Positions 8,886 through 17,250 of a stretch of 64,000 nt of DNA are shown piece by piece. The position numbers were made by a program, and so were the translations under genes. The notes under the pieces are model-generated. The model worked only from the letters and a program-made list of their open reading frames with translations. It was not told the DNA's origin and did no database searches. This stretch comes from a virus. The stretch lies in the IMG/VR virus record IMGVR_UViG_3300020056_000007; one strand, given 5' to 3'. Each line of letters opens with the position of its first letter. Positions within the stretch are counted from its first letter, which is position 1.

Positions 8886-8999
8886 ATGGCAGCAAAAAAT
8901 GCAAAGAAAACTTCTATCGGTGGTAGAAATCAAAAAATGTCTTCTATGAATAAATCTAAAAAACGTGGCTTTAAAAAATATAGAGGTCAAGGGAAATAA
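8886..8999 (+). CDS. 37-aa basic peptide ending KKYRGQGK (not in ORF track)
   Basis: MAAKNAKKTSIGGRNQKMSSMNKSKKRGFKKYRGQGK; AAGGA RBS; fills the gap between two tRNAs. Confidence 0.75.
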   Translation: MAAKNAKKTSIGGRNQKMSSMNKSKKRGFKKYRGQGK

Positions 9000-9076
<77 letters not shown>

Positions 9077-9079
9077 ATA

Positions 9080-9164
9080 GCCTCCGTGATGAAATAGGTA
9101 GACATAACAGACTTAAAATCTGTGGCCAATTGGCGTGCCGGTTCGAGTCCGGCCGGAGGTACCA
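9080..9164 (+). tRNA. tRNA-Leu(UAA)
   Basis: Anticodon arm ACAGA-CTTAAAA-TCTGT; long variable arm; CCA. Confidence 0.95.
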
Positions 9165-9167
9165 ACT

Positions 9168-9584
9168 TTGTTAAAAGGTAATCATCTTTTAAATATTTGT
9201 AATTATACCAAATGGGATTGGCGAGTATCAAATAAAAATCAAATTATAAGAATAAATAAATTGGCTCCTATTATAGAGAAGCTAGAACCCGTTTTGATTC
9301 ACCATGATGAAATATGTTGGAAATATATGGCTGATCCAGAACAAAGAAAATTAGAAAGTAAGGTAAGATATAATAATGCTAACGTAATGATTCCTGGAAT
9401 ATTGGCAGAAGTGCCTAATCCATGTAATCTTAAATATAGAATGATCGACGGCGGACATAGAATGTGTAAATTAAAACTTGAAACAAATTTTACTAAATCT
9501 ATGTTTTATATCATAGATGCGAAAGATTTTTATAATTTGCTTGAAGACTTACCTACAGAAATGGAGAAATATGTTTATTATTGA
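9168..9584 (+). CDS. ParB/Srx N-terminal-like domain protein
   Basis: YRMIDGGHRM motif; start uncertain (must lie after the tRNA). Confidence 0.55.
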   Translation: MLKGNHLLNICNYTKWDWRVSNKNQIIRINKLAPIIEKLEPVLIHHDEICWKYMADPEQRKLESKVRYNNANVMIPGILAEVPNPCNLKYRMIDGGHRMCKLKLETNFTKSMFYIIDAKDFYNLLEDLPTEMEKYVYY

Positions 9585-10149
9585 TAATTATTTAGATGAA
9601 GAGACTTTCAATGGAATGAAGAATACTATGTTGTCAAGTAGCTTTCCATGGAATTACGCTCAAGTCAAATCTGGAAAAAATACTCACAATACGCCTCAAG
9701 AAGAAATAGAACATTATTCTAATCAACAAATGTACCATGAATTTCATGGATTTGAGCACGCTATTCATAAAACCCATAGTCAAACAATGAAAATCATATG
9801 GCCGCTATTAAAGAAAATTCAACCAGCCGTATTAGGAAGAATTAAAGCCAATCTGCAATTTCATACACAAACTCAATATCAAAGTCCTTTTCATACAGAT
9901 ATGACATTGATGCCAAAAGATGTACCATATTATACTGCTGTATTTTATTTAAATACAAATGATGGGTATACTATACTTGAAGATACTGATGAAAAAATTT
10001 ATTCATATGAAAATAGATTTGTTGTATTCGATGGTCATAGAGCTCATGCTGGATCAACATGTACAGATTCTAAAATTAGAGCTGTAATTAATCTTAATTT
10101 TATACCTAGTGTAGATACAAAATTTGCAGATAATATCATATATAGTTGA
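9571..10149 (+). CDS. 2OG-Fe(II) oxygenase superfamily protein
   Basis: IIDNYL, HTD...TAVFYLN..DGYT...NRFVVFDG...H......R..INLNF. Confidence 0.85.
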   Translation: MFIIDNYLDEETFNGMKNTMLSSSFPWNYAQVKSGKNTHNTPQEEIEHYSNQQMYHEFHGFEHAIHKTHSQTMKIIWPLLKKIQPAVLGRIKANLQFHTQTQYQSPFHTDMTLMPKDVPYYTAVFYLNTNDGYTILEDTDEKIYSYENRFVVFDGHRAHAGSTCTDSKIRAVINLNFIPSVDTKFADNIIYS

Positions 10150-10185
10150 TTTTAAAGAAAACTTTTTTTCATTAAAATGCATTTT

Positions 10186-10228
10186 TTCCTTTACATTTGC
10201 TAAAAACTGTAGTAGAATAGTACTATAA
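10186..10228 (+). promoter_or_regulatory. early sigma70-like phage promoter (copy 3)
   Basis: TTTACA (10190-10195)-17 bp-TAGAAT (10213-10218). Confidence 0.8.
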
Positions 10229-10229
10229 A

Positions 10230-10484
10230 ATGGAAAAGAGGATAAAGCAAATGTCAAGAATAGTACACCTAGAAGATGGTACAGCAATCAAAGCAGACGT
10301 AATCGAATGCTTTGATATCGCCGTTAAAGATGAATTCAACACACGTAACGGTGTTGGTACAACTGACTTTTGGAATTTTGTAGAGTCAGACATGTATATG
10401 GGTCTTCGCATCTTCTACAATTCTGAATATATTGATGCTTGCTTTAACAAACTTGCCGATATCTTTGAAGGAGAACTTGTATAA
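10230..10484 (+). CDS. early hypothetical protein
   Basis: ORF after promoter; true start probably the ATG at 10251 after GAGGA. Confidence 0.7.
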   Translation: MEKRIKQMSRIVHLEDGTAIKADVIECFDIAVKDEFNTRNGVGTTDFWNFVESDMYMGLRIFYNSEYIDACFNKLADIFEGELV

Positions 10485-10714
10485 TGCAAACTAAAGCTGA
10501 ACGCCTAGCAATGATCAAAGCTGCTGCTGAAAAATTCAATAAAAAGCAAAAGCGTAATCGTCGTGTCCGTGAATCTGAAACATCATTTATGGACAGATAT
10601 TCTGGACTAGATGGTGAAAATATTAACCACTATACAGATGCATCCAAATACGCCAAAGAATACTATGGCGAAACAATGTTTGAAACAACGAGGTTTGATA
10701 ATGATTGGGATTAA
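10484..10714 (+). CDS. hypothetical protein
   Basis: 76 aa; TAATG coupling, AAGGAG RBS. Confidence 0.7.
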   Translation: MQTKAERLAMIKAAAEKFNKKQKRNRRVRESETSFMDRYSGLDGENINHYTDASKYAKEYYGETMFETTRFDNDWD

Positions 10715-10793
10715 TGAAATCTTTTGGGGAATGATCATAGGATTATCTTTGGTCGCAATAGATGCTTGGTTTATACCAGGAGGAATGTATTAA
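10701..10793 (+). CDS. small membrane peptide (30 aa)
   Basis: MIGINEIFWGMIIGLSLVAIDAWFIPGGMY; GAGGT RBS; coupled to the next gene. Confidence 0.5.
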   Translation: MIGINEIFWGMIIGLSLVAIDAWFIPGGMY

Positions 10794-11059
10794 TGTCTAT
10801 TGGCATTAATCAAGAAATACGTAATAGAATTCGTCTTTCAGTTGCAGCATATGCATATGAATATGACGATAATTCTATTATGTCTGATGCAGAATTTGAT
10901 GAATTGTCTAAAAAAATAAATCCATTTGAAAAAACTGGTAATAAGTTAATGGATAATTTTTTCAAAGAGCATTTTCATCCTGATACTGGAATGTGGATAA
11001 GAAATCATCCAGACATCAATGGCATTAAAAGAATATATAAGGAATTCTATAAGAAATGA
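10793..11059 (+). CDS. stand-alone domain resembling NAD+-dependent DNA ligase N-terminal subdomain Ia
   Basis: AYAYEYDDNSIMSDAEFDEL resembles LigA Y-Y-x-x-D-x-P-x-I-S-D-x-E-Y-D; AGGAGG RBS. Confidence 0.6.
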   Translation: MSIGINQEIRNRIRLSVAAYAYEYDDNSIMSDAEFDELSKKINPFEKTGNKLMDNFFKEHFHPDTGMWIRNHPDINGIKRIYKEFYKK

Positions 11060-11229
11060 GAGTTGTACACTATTTAGAAATATTTGCAATGCCATTTGCT
11101 GTTGTGTTGTCTTTAATTGGTGGTCTTTTGATTGGATATGAATCTCATCCTTACGAAAGTTGTAAACGTATGTATAAAACATTCGAAGATATTAGTGAAT
11201 GTGTTTACTTAAAGGAGACTCCGCAATGA
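11056..11229 (+). CDS. small membrane protein (57 aa, not in ORF track)
   Basis: MRVVHYLEIFAMPFAVVLSLIGGLLIGYESHPYESCKRMYKTFEDISECVYLKETPQ; ATGA coupling at both ends. Confidence 0.6.
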   Translation: MRVVHYLEIFAMPFAVVLSLIGGLLIGYESHPYESCKRMYKTFEDISECVYLKETPQ

Positions 11230-11420
11230 GAACTGTACACTATGTTGGATTTAGAGGTGACGAATACACCAGAGCTTATCGCATTTGGGGTGGTCCTGCT
11301 ATGATCCACAAAGTTTACGATGATCGTGTATTCACTGAAGTTGGAGATGACGATGTTGTTATCTTTGGACCAAAACATAAATATGTCCCATATGTTTGGG
11401 ATGCAAGTGGAGATATGTAA
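11226..11420 (+). CDS. hypothetical protein
   Basis: MRTVHYVGFRG...; AAGGAG RBS. Confidence 0.65.
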   Translation: MRTVHYVGFRGDEYTRAYRIWGGPAMIHKVYDDRVFTEVGDDDVVIFGPKHKYVPYVWDASGDM

Positions 11421-11776
11421 TGTCTATGCACCTTATACGTGGTATGACAACTAATTCTTCGAAGCGCCGTAAGACCAACCGTAAACCCGGTTGGCAGGCA
11501 GCCGAAGAAAAGCATAATAAATGGCTTAAAAAAATGGGTGTACATCCAGATCAATTGAAAGGTAAGGAACGTAATGCGGGTCTCTCAATTCCGGACTATT
11601 CAGAAAATCGTCCAACAATCAAAACGTCGGACGCAATTCCAGGTTATTCGCCGAAATCCAAAGCTAACGAATACACCGGTGATTATATTATCGGGATCGG
11701 GACCATGCACAAATCAAACATGGTCCCCGTTACCAGAAAAAAAGATGCAGTAGAAATGGCAAAAATGCGAAGATAA
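11420..11776 (+). CDS. basic hypothetical protein
   Basis: TAATG coupling; C-terminal GIGTMHKSNMVPV. Confidence 0.7.
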   Translation: MSMHLIRGMTTNSSKRRKTNRKPGWQAAEEKHNKWLKKMGVHPDQLKGKERNAGLSIPDYSENRPTIKTSDAIPGYSPKSKANEYTGDYIIGIGTMHKSNMVPVTRKKDAVEMAKMRR

Positions 11777-11780
11777 TGAA

Positions 11781-11825
11781 AAAAACGGTGTACATTTGTT
11801 GAAAACTGTGGTAGAATATATCTAG
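11781..11825 (+). promoter_or_regulatory. early sigma70-like phage promoter (copy 4)
   Basis: TGTACA (11789-11794)-17 bp-TAGAAT (11812-11817). Confidence 0.85.
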
Positions 11826-11847
11826 AATTGAAAAAGAGGAGTATAAT

Positions 11848-12975
11848 ATGGCAGCACGTAAAATGAAAGCAAAGGCTTCAAAACGCAGAATTGGTACAAC
11901 ACAGATTCCAATCGATAAAGGTTGGGAAGCTGTAAAATATTATTTCCATCTTGAAATGGAAAAGAAAGATTTGGCACATACTATCAAAACGTATATTAAA
12001 AATACTTACAATAAGTCTGATGTTAAATCTATTTTTGCCAATCCTGAATATTGCTTTACCATGTATACTCATCATTCATGCACAGCATTTTGGGTTAATA
12101 ATAAACTAGATATAGATGCTAATGAAAAAATTCCTGGCTACATTAATTCACTTAAAAAGTATTGTGATAGCCTTATACCAAAAGGGAAACAGATTTTGAA
12201 TGAAAAAGCTCTTGAAGCTAAAGTTCAAAGTAATATAGTAGTATTATCTCCACAACAGCGACTTCAAAAGAAAATTGGTGATACTATTATGCAAGATCTC
12301 ATGGAACTTGAAGATGAATGGATTGAAGGTGAAAAAACTACCCGCGATATCTATAATCTTTTTAAGAAACATGGGCTACCGGCCAGTGCAACGCTACCGG
12401 TTAGATCGATGATTGATGGTTGGTTACTTGATTATGAAGATGCTTATCACAAGCGATGCCCTCAAGCTGTGGAAGGCTATTCACACCTGAAAAGACCAGA
12501 AATTAATCGTCGAATCAAAGCATGCCAAGACATGCTTATGGATCTGGATAGGATCAAGTCTAGTGCTAAGGCTACTCGCAAAATACGCGTAAAAAGGCCC
12601 GTGGCAGCAGATAAGCAAGTTGCTCGTGTTCAATTTTGTCAAGCGAACAAAGAGTTCAAGTTAACATCAATTAATCCAATTATGATAATTGGTCAAACTA
12701 GACTCTATACGTTCAATGTGAAAACACGGATCCTTACAGAATATCTTACCCAAAGCCCAGGTGGGTTCACCATTAGCGGTAGTACCCTTAAAGGAATTGA
12801 TATGGATAATTCTAGATGTACTAAACTTCGGAAACCTGAACAATTCCTATCTGTGGTTTTGGGTAAGACTCCTAATCAAATTAATAAAGAGTGGCAGTCG
12901 CTTTCAACTAAGACTAACACTCCTAATGGACGTATCAATAAAGATACTATCCTACTAAGAGTATTGGACCGCTAA
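11848..12975 (+). CDS. conserved T4-like phage hypothetical protein upstream of gene 33
   Basis: 375 aa; AGGAG RBS; C-terminal KLRKPE...NGRINKDTILLRV. Confidence 0.75.
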   Translation: MAARKMKAKASKRRIGTTQIPIDKGWEAVKYYFHLEMEKKDLAHTIKTYIKNTYNKSDVKSIFANPEYCFTMYTHHSCTAFWVNNKLDIDANEKIPGYINSLKKYCDSLIPKGKQILNEKALEAKVQSNIVVLSPQQRLQKKIGDTIMQDLMELEDEWIEGEKTTRDIYNLFKKHGLPASATLPVRSMIDGWLLDYEDAYHKRCPQAVEGYSHLKRPEINRRIKACQDMLMDLDRIKSSAKATRKIRVKRPVAADKQVARVQFCQANKEFKLTSINPIMIIGQTRLYTFNVKTRILTEYLTQSPGGFTISGSTLKGIDMDNSRCTKLRKPEQFLSVVLGKTPNQINKEWQSLSTKTNTPNGRINKDTILLRVLDR

Positions 12976-13208
12976 TGATTGAAGATCAATTTTTAACTAA
13001 ATCCAAATTTACAAAGTTGGTGGAAGCTACTGTTATTGAACTTAAGATTCCATATATGGAAGCTATCCTTCATCTTTGTGAAAAGAATGATATTGAACCT
13101 GAAGATGTAAAGAAATTTATATCTCCAATTATAAAAGATAAGCTTGAGGCAGAAGCTCGTAATTTAAATTTTTTGCCTCGACAAAATGCACTTGAACAGT
13201 TTATGTGA
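12975..13208 (+). CDS. 33: late transcription coactivator gp33
   Basis: F...VE..V......YMEAI...CE...IE.E.V...IS..IK.KLE.EA..LN.L pattern. Confidence 0.88.
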   Translation: MIEDQFLTKSKFTKLVEATVIELKIPYMEAILHLCEKNDIEPEDVKKFISPIIKDKLEAEARNLNFLPRQNALEQFM

Positions 13209-13214
13209 TATGTG

Positions 13215-13255
13215 TATAAATAAACCTGTACAACAACGTATGAATGTTGTATAAT
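13215..13255 (+). promoter_or_regulatory. tandem late (TATAAATA) and early (TGTACA-17-TATAAT) promoters for gene 32
   Basis: TATAAATA 13215-13222; TGTACA 13227-13232; TATAAT 13250-13255. Confidence 0.75.
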
Positions 13256-13288
13256 ATTTCAGTAGATACAAGCAAGACGGAGTAACAT

Positions 13289-14170
13289 ATGAGCTTTGAA
13301 AATCTAAAAAGAAACCGTGATCAGATTTCTAAACTGGTCCAAGCCGCCGAAAAAGTTGGTGGCAATACCGAAACAAAATCCTACGAAGATAACCGCATTT
13401 GGAAACCCACAGTAGATAAAGCTGGTAATGGGTATGCCGTACTACGGTTTCTTCCTGCAGCTGAAGGTGAAGAACTACCTTGGGTTCGTTATTGGGATCA
13501 TGGCTTTAAGGGCCCAACAGGTCTTTGGTACATCGAGAATAGCTTGACTTCAATTGGTCAAAATGACCCAGTTGGTGAATTGAATTCTCGTCTCTGGAAT
13601 TCAGGCATTGAGTCTGATAAAGATAAAGCCCGTACCCAAAAGCGTAGGTTGCATTATGTGACTAATGTATATGTTGTTGAAGATCCATCTAATCCAGAAA
13701 ATGAAGGTAAAGTTTTCCTTTATAAGTTTGGTAAGAAAATCTTTGATAAGATTATGGATGTCATGCAGCCAGCATTTCAGGATGAAACACCCATCAATCC
13801 ATTTGATTTTTGGGAAGGTGCTAATTTCAAACTAAAGATTCGAAATGTTGAGGGTTACCGCAACTATGACAAATCTGAGTTTGCAAGTGCATCTCAACTC
13901 GCTGAAGACGATAAGTTAGAAGCAATTTATGATAAAATGTATTCTCTTAAAGAGTTTACCGATCCAAGTAACTATAAAACATATGATGAACTTAAAACAA
14001 AATTGATGCGAGTTCTTGGTGAGGAAGCTACTGCTGGAGCATACACTGTGAAAGAAGAAGCAAAAATAAATGAACCTATTCCAGCATATGAACCAATTAC
14101 GGCTGAGCAGGTTGATACATCTGAAGATGACACTATGTCATATTTTGCTAAACTGGCACAGGAAGACTAA
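13289..14170 (+). CDS. 32: single-stranded DNA-binding protein gp32
   Basis: DKAGNGYAVLRFLP, HGFKGPTGLWYIENSLT, FGKKIFDKI, NYDKSEF, acidic tail. Confidence 0.96.
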   Translation: MSFENLKRNRDQISKLVQAAEKVGGNTETKSYEDNRIWKPTVDKAGNGYAVLRFLPAAEGEELPWVRYWDHGFKGPTGLWYIENSLTSIGQNDPVGELNSRLWNSGIESDKDKARTQKRRLHYVTNVYVVEDPSNPENEGKVFLYKFGKKIFDKIMDVMQPAFQDETPINPFDFWEGANFKLKIRNVEGYRNYDKSEFASASQLAEDDKLEAIYDKMYSLKEFTDPSNYKTYDELKTKLMRVLGEEATAGAYTVKEEAKINEPIPAYEPITAEQVDTSEDDTMSYFAKLAQED

Positions 14171-14312
14171 GGCGAACGGGGAAAGCCTGGCAATCAAGCC
14201 GAATGTACCCAAGCAAATCCATTCTTGTAGTCTGCAGCTCTTGGATGGTCGGTAAAAGCGCTGGTACCGTAGAAGAAAATCCAGCCGGTTGCTGCATACG
14301 TCAAATGCAGAT
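14171..14312 (+). ncRNA. candidate structured non-coding RNA
   Basis: GC-rich intergenic island with nested stems GGCAATC/GGTTGCT, GCCGA/TCGGT, CCAAG/CTTGG, GCTGG/CCAGC, CTGCAT/ATGCAG. Confidence 0.5.
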
Positions 14313-14313
14313 A

Positions 14314-14352
14314 GAAGGGGAGGTACCTAGGAAGGCCTCCCCTTTGATTTTT
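14314..14352 (+). terminator. intrinsic terminator between convergent genes
   Basis: AAGGGGAGG...CCTCCCCTT stem followed by TGATTTTT. Confidence 0.75.
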
Positions 14353-16339
14353 AATTTTCTGGATCTAATATATTAGCTGTATTTATAGTACCAATAACCA
14401 ATGGAGTAGTATTCATTGTGCTTTGATCTTGATTAAACACTATTGCATTGCCGCCGTTTCTATCTGCAAAAGCTTTCATAATAGCTAAAAAATTGTTATA
14501 TTCATTAGCACCTGTATTCCCTTGACTATGCTTGAAAAATTCTGGGAATAGTGTATCTATATCTTGTCTAAGGTTTGATGCTCTGAAAGTGTTCTTATTG
14601 AAAGTTCTGGTAACATTATATCCAGCTGCTCTTAATTCTGGGTATGAAAGAGCCCCGTCACCATCAGTATCAGCTCCCATTAATCGTGCCAATGCCGCAG
14701 TCTTTTCTCTAGCTACGTTTTCTGCTTCTGCTCTATCAATTTCAGCTTGAACTTCAGGCGGTGTTTCGAAACCGAACCATGATCTTGCCCAGTCTGGGAC
14801 TAAAGATTCAATGGTTTTACTAATTCCTTCTTTTATCTCAGTCATAGTTGGTAATAGACTTCCAATGTAGTCAAATAGATCTGTAACCCAGTTCTTTATT
14901 ACACCGCCTAAGCTATCGGCCTCATTTTTCTCGAGAAATTTATTATAAGCATCTGTAACATATCCTACAGGATCGCCAAAGAATTTAGTAAGTTCTTCAA
15001 ATGCGGCTGTAATGAATCCCCATGCACCTTCTATAAAATTATCAATGAATTCTACAAATGAGAAGTTTTGTAACTTAACACCAATGTCACCAGCCAAACC
15101 TTGCCCTGGTATTATTTTTCCATTCTCATCGGTTTCTAAGCCAAATAGTTTTTTGTATATCCAGGTCAATCCCATCTTTAATAGATCTAATGGTGCACCA
15201 ACAAAATCACTAACAAATGCAGATATAGCACTTACTACTCTATCACCCATAGTCATATCTGGATTATCTGCATTCTTTAACCAATCTTGCACAGCTTCAT
15301 ACCCAGAAAAAATAAGACCAATTGGCCATAATAATTTACTAACTAATTTTAAAAAGCTTCCACCGATATTAACTATACCTTTTCCAAGTTCAGTAATTCC
15401 TAAAAATTTTGCGGTTGCAGCAAATGTTTTTATAAATGTATTAAAAGTACTTCCAATTGCATCACCTATTAAAACCATTGGTTTTGTAATTTTTCCAAAA
15501 GCATCTACTATTGTGCTAAATGCTTTTCCAACTTTACCACCGTCTGCCGCAGCATCACCTAGTTTTAAAGTATCTGCTAAAGAATCAGCGGCTTTAATGT
15601 CTTTTGGATCTAATTCTGGTATGTTAATTTTCATTTTACCAGCTTCATCTAGCTCAACACCGAGTATTCTAGATACTATTCCATTCTTTGCTTTAACTAA
15701 AGCTTCTTCAAACATTTGTAATGTTGTTTTAAGTTGAAACCCTTTGGCAAATTTTCCTTTTTCACGATTTTGTACTTTTTTTCCATCTTCATCTGTAAGG
15801 AACTCATCAATATCAAAGCCTTTTAGACGATTTCTAATAAAGTCATCTAGTTTTGTAGTAAAATTAGTCATACCCAACTTTAAATTTTCAGGTAAATTTT
15901 TCGCAAAATCTGTTAACTTAAGAAGTGCACCGGCTTCCCAACCTCTTAAACCCTGTGATGCTAGTTCAAGTGCAGTAAGGCCTGCAAGAATAGGTGCAAT
16001 CATGCGTGTTAAAGCTCCAAGCATTCTACCTAAAATAGATCCACCTAATGCTCCACCCAGTCCACCGAATGCTGATTTAGCCCAGTCTGGGAATCCAAAG
16101 CCACTTTTACCTTTTTGTTCCGAACCAGCACCTCCAACACCACCACCTTTTCCTAAGGCTGCAGCTAATTTTTTCATAGATTCACGTTGGTCTTCAAGAT
16201 CTTTTAATCTATTTGTTTTTAATGTTTCAAGATAATTTTGAAGAAGCGTATTGCCCTTATTAACCGCAGCGGTTGTTTCCTGCTGCGATTTCTTATTATC
16301 TTTTAATTGACCAATAATGTGATCTAATGTTGCTGCCAT
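14351..16339 (-). CDS. tail tape-measure / baseplate hub protein (gp29-like)
   Basis: 662 aa, Gly/Ala-rich amphipathic helical protein, downstream of gp26/gp51. Confidence 0.6.
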   Translation of the reverse strand: MAATLDHIIGQLKDNKKSQQETTAAVNKGNTLLQNYLETLKTNRLKDLEDQRESMKKLAAALGKGGGVGGAGSEQKGKSGFGFPDWAKSAFGGLGGALGGSILGRMLGALTRMIAPILAGLTALELASQGLRGWEAGALLKLTDFAKNLPENLKLGMTNFTTKLDDFIRNRLKGFDIDEFLTDEDGKKVQNREKGKFAKGFQLKTTLQMFEEALVKAKNGIVSRILGVELDEAGKMKINIPELDPKDIKAADSLADTLKLGDAAADGGKVGKAFSTIVDAFGKITKPMVLIGDAIGSTFNTFIKTFAATAKFLGITELGKGIVNIGGSFLKLVSKLLWPIGLIFSGYEAVQDWLKNADNPDMTMGDRVVSAISAFVSDFVGAPLDLLKMGLTWIYKKLFGLETDENGKIIPGQGLAGDIGVKLQNFSFVEFIDNFIEGAWGFITAAFEELTKFFGDPVGYVTDAYNKFLEKNEADSLGGVIKNWVTDLFDYIGSLLPTMTEIKEGISKTIESLVPDWARSWFGFETPPEVQAEIDRAEAENVAREKTAALARLMGADTDGDGALSYPELRAAGYNVTRTFNKNTFRASNLRQDIDTLFPEFFKHSQGNTGANEYNNFLAIMKAFADRNGGNAIVFNQDQSTMNTTPLVIGTINTANILDPEN

Positions 16340-16340
16340 A

Positions 16341-16514
16341 TTATTGCCTCATTTGCTGTGCTCTTTGAGCTTCTTCTTGTCTTTTCAAATGTTCTTCTAG
16401 CATTCCCATATATATTTCCCTTTCCCAAGGTAGCCAATGGTCTATCTCACTCAATGAATAATTATGATGTTGAACCAGGGCGAAAGTCATTTGGTAATAT
16501 ACCGCTAGGTTCAT
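16341..16514 (-). CDS. 51: baseplate hub assembly catalyst gp51-like
   Basis: YYQMTFALVQHHNYSLSEIDHWLPWEREIY; may also be made as a frameshift fusion to gp26. Confidence 0.8.
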   Translation of the reverse strand: MNLAVYYQMTFALVQHHNYSLSEIDHWLPWEREIYMGMLEEHLKRQEEAQRAQQMRQ

Positions 16515-16528
16515 GTGAGATAGACCTA

Positions 16529-17236
16529 CTAGAAAAAACTTTGCACTCCTTCTAAATCCATTGAAATTTCTTCTCCGCAAGAATTACAGGTATATTCAAT
16601 TTTATGTGATAGCTTTGGAATAGTATCAATAAAATCTCTAATTTTCTGAAATTGCTCTTGTGACATAGATTCAATAAATTCGTTTAATTCTTGTTGACTT
16701 ACATCAGTTGATTTAATATTTTCATCTTCTGTTTGAATACTATCAATACATAATGAAATTAAATTAAAAACTGTATCTGTACTACTGCCTTCAACAATAT
16801 CAACATCTGACATTTCCACAAAACTTGGTGCCTTTAAATTAATAAAAATATTATTTCCTAAATCTACTTTTTGTTGACCAAGATGATTACCTTCAGGTGG
16901 TTCAATGGTGTCTAAATTAATTGTATGTCCTTGTGAAGCTTCACACTTTGGACATTTTAAACTAATTTCAGATGTTTCACCTACTGATTTTGCTCTTACT
17001 TTTAAAAAACAATATTCAACATCAACAGGTGCTAAATTTTGTTTTTCTACACCTTCTACACAGCTTTCAACCATGTCGGCTAAGGCATGAATCATTTGCT
17101 TAGAATCCTGAGATTCCTGAGCTATTAGTAACACCTTTTCTTCTTTAACAAGAAAAGGCCGAAACCTATGCTTCTGTTTAGTGGTAGGCATAGTCAGTTC
17201 ATATTTTGGTTCGGCATTAAGCTTTGGTAAAGCCAT
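16529..17236 (-). CDS. 26: baseplate hub subunit gp26-like
   Basis: MALPKL..PKYEL, FRPFLVKEEKVLL, RAKSVGE, two CxxC, C-terminal LEGVQSFF. Confidence 0.88.
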   Translation of the reverse strand: MALPKLNAEPKYELTMPTTKQKHRFRPFLVKEEKVLLIAQESQDSKQMIHALADMVESCVEGVEKQNLAPVDVEYCFLKVRAKSVGETSEISLKCPKCEASQGHTINLDTIEPPEGNHLGQQKVDLGNNIFINLKAPSFVEMSDVDIVEGSSTDTVFNLISLCIDSIQTEDENIKSTDVSQQELNEFIESMSQEQFQKIRDFIDTIPKLSHKIEYTCNSCGEEISMDLEGVQSFF

Positions 17237-17250
17237 TATATACTCCTAAA

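Noticed and set aside
11056-11245. Similar starts ATGAGAGTTGTACACTAT and ATGAGAACTGTACACTAT in adjacent small ORFs
   Set aside because: Similarity ends after 6 codons; too short to support a duplication or regulatory element.
14532-16235. Long plus-strand ORFs (72, 241 and 163 aa)
   Set aside because: Antisense shadows of the tape-measure gene; Ser/Pro/Phe-rich, no RBS or motifs.
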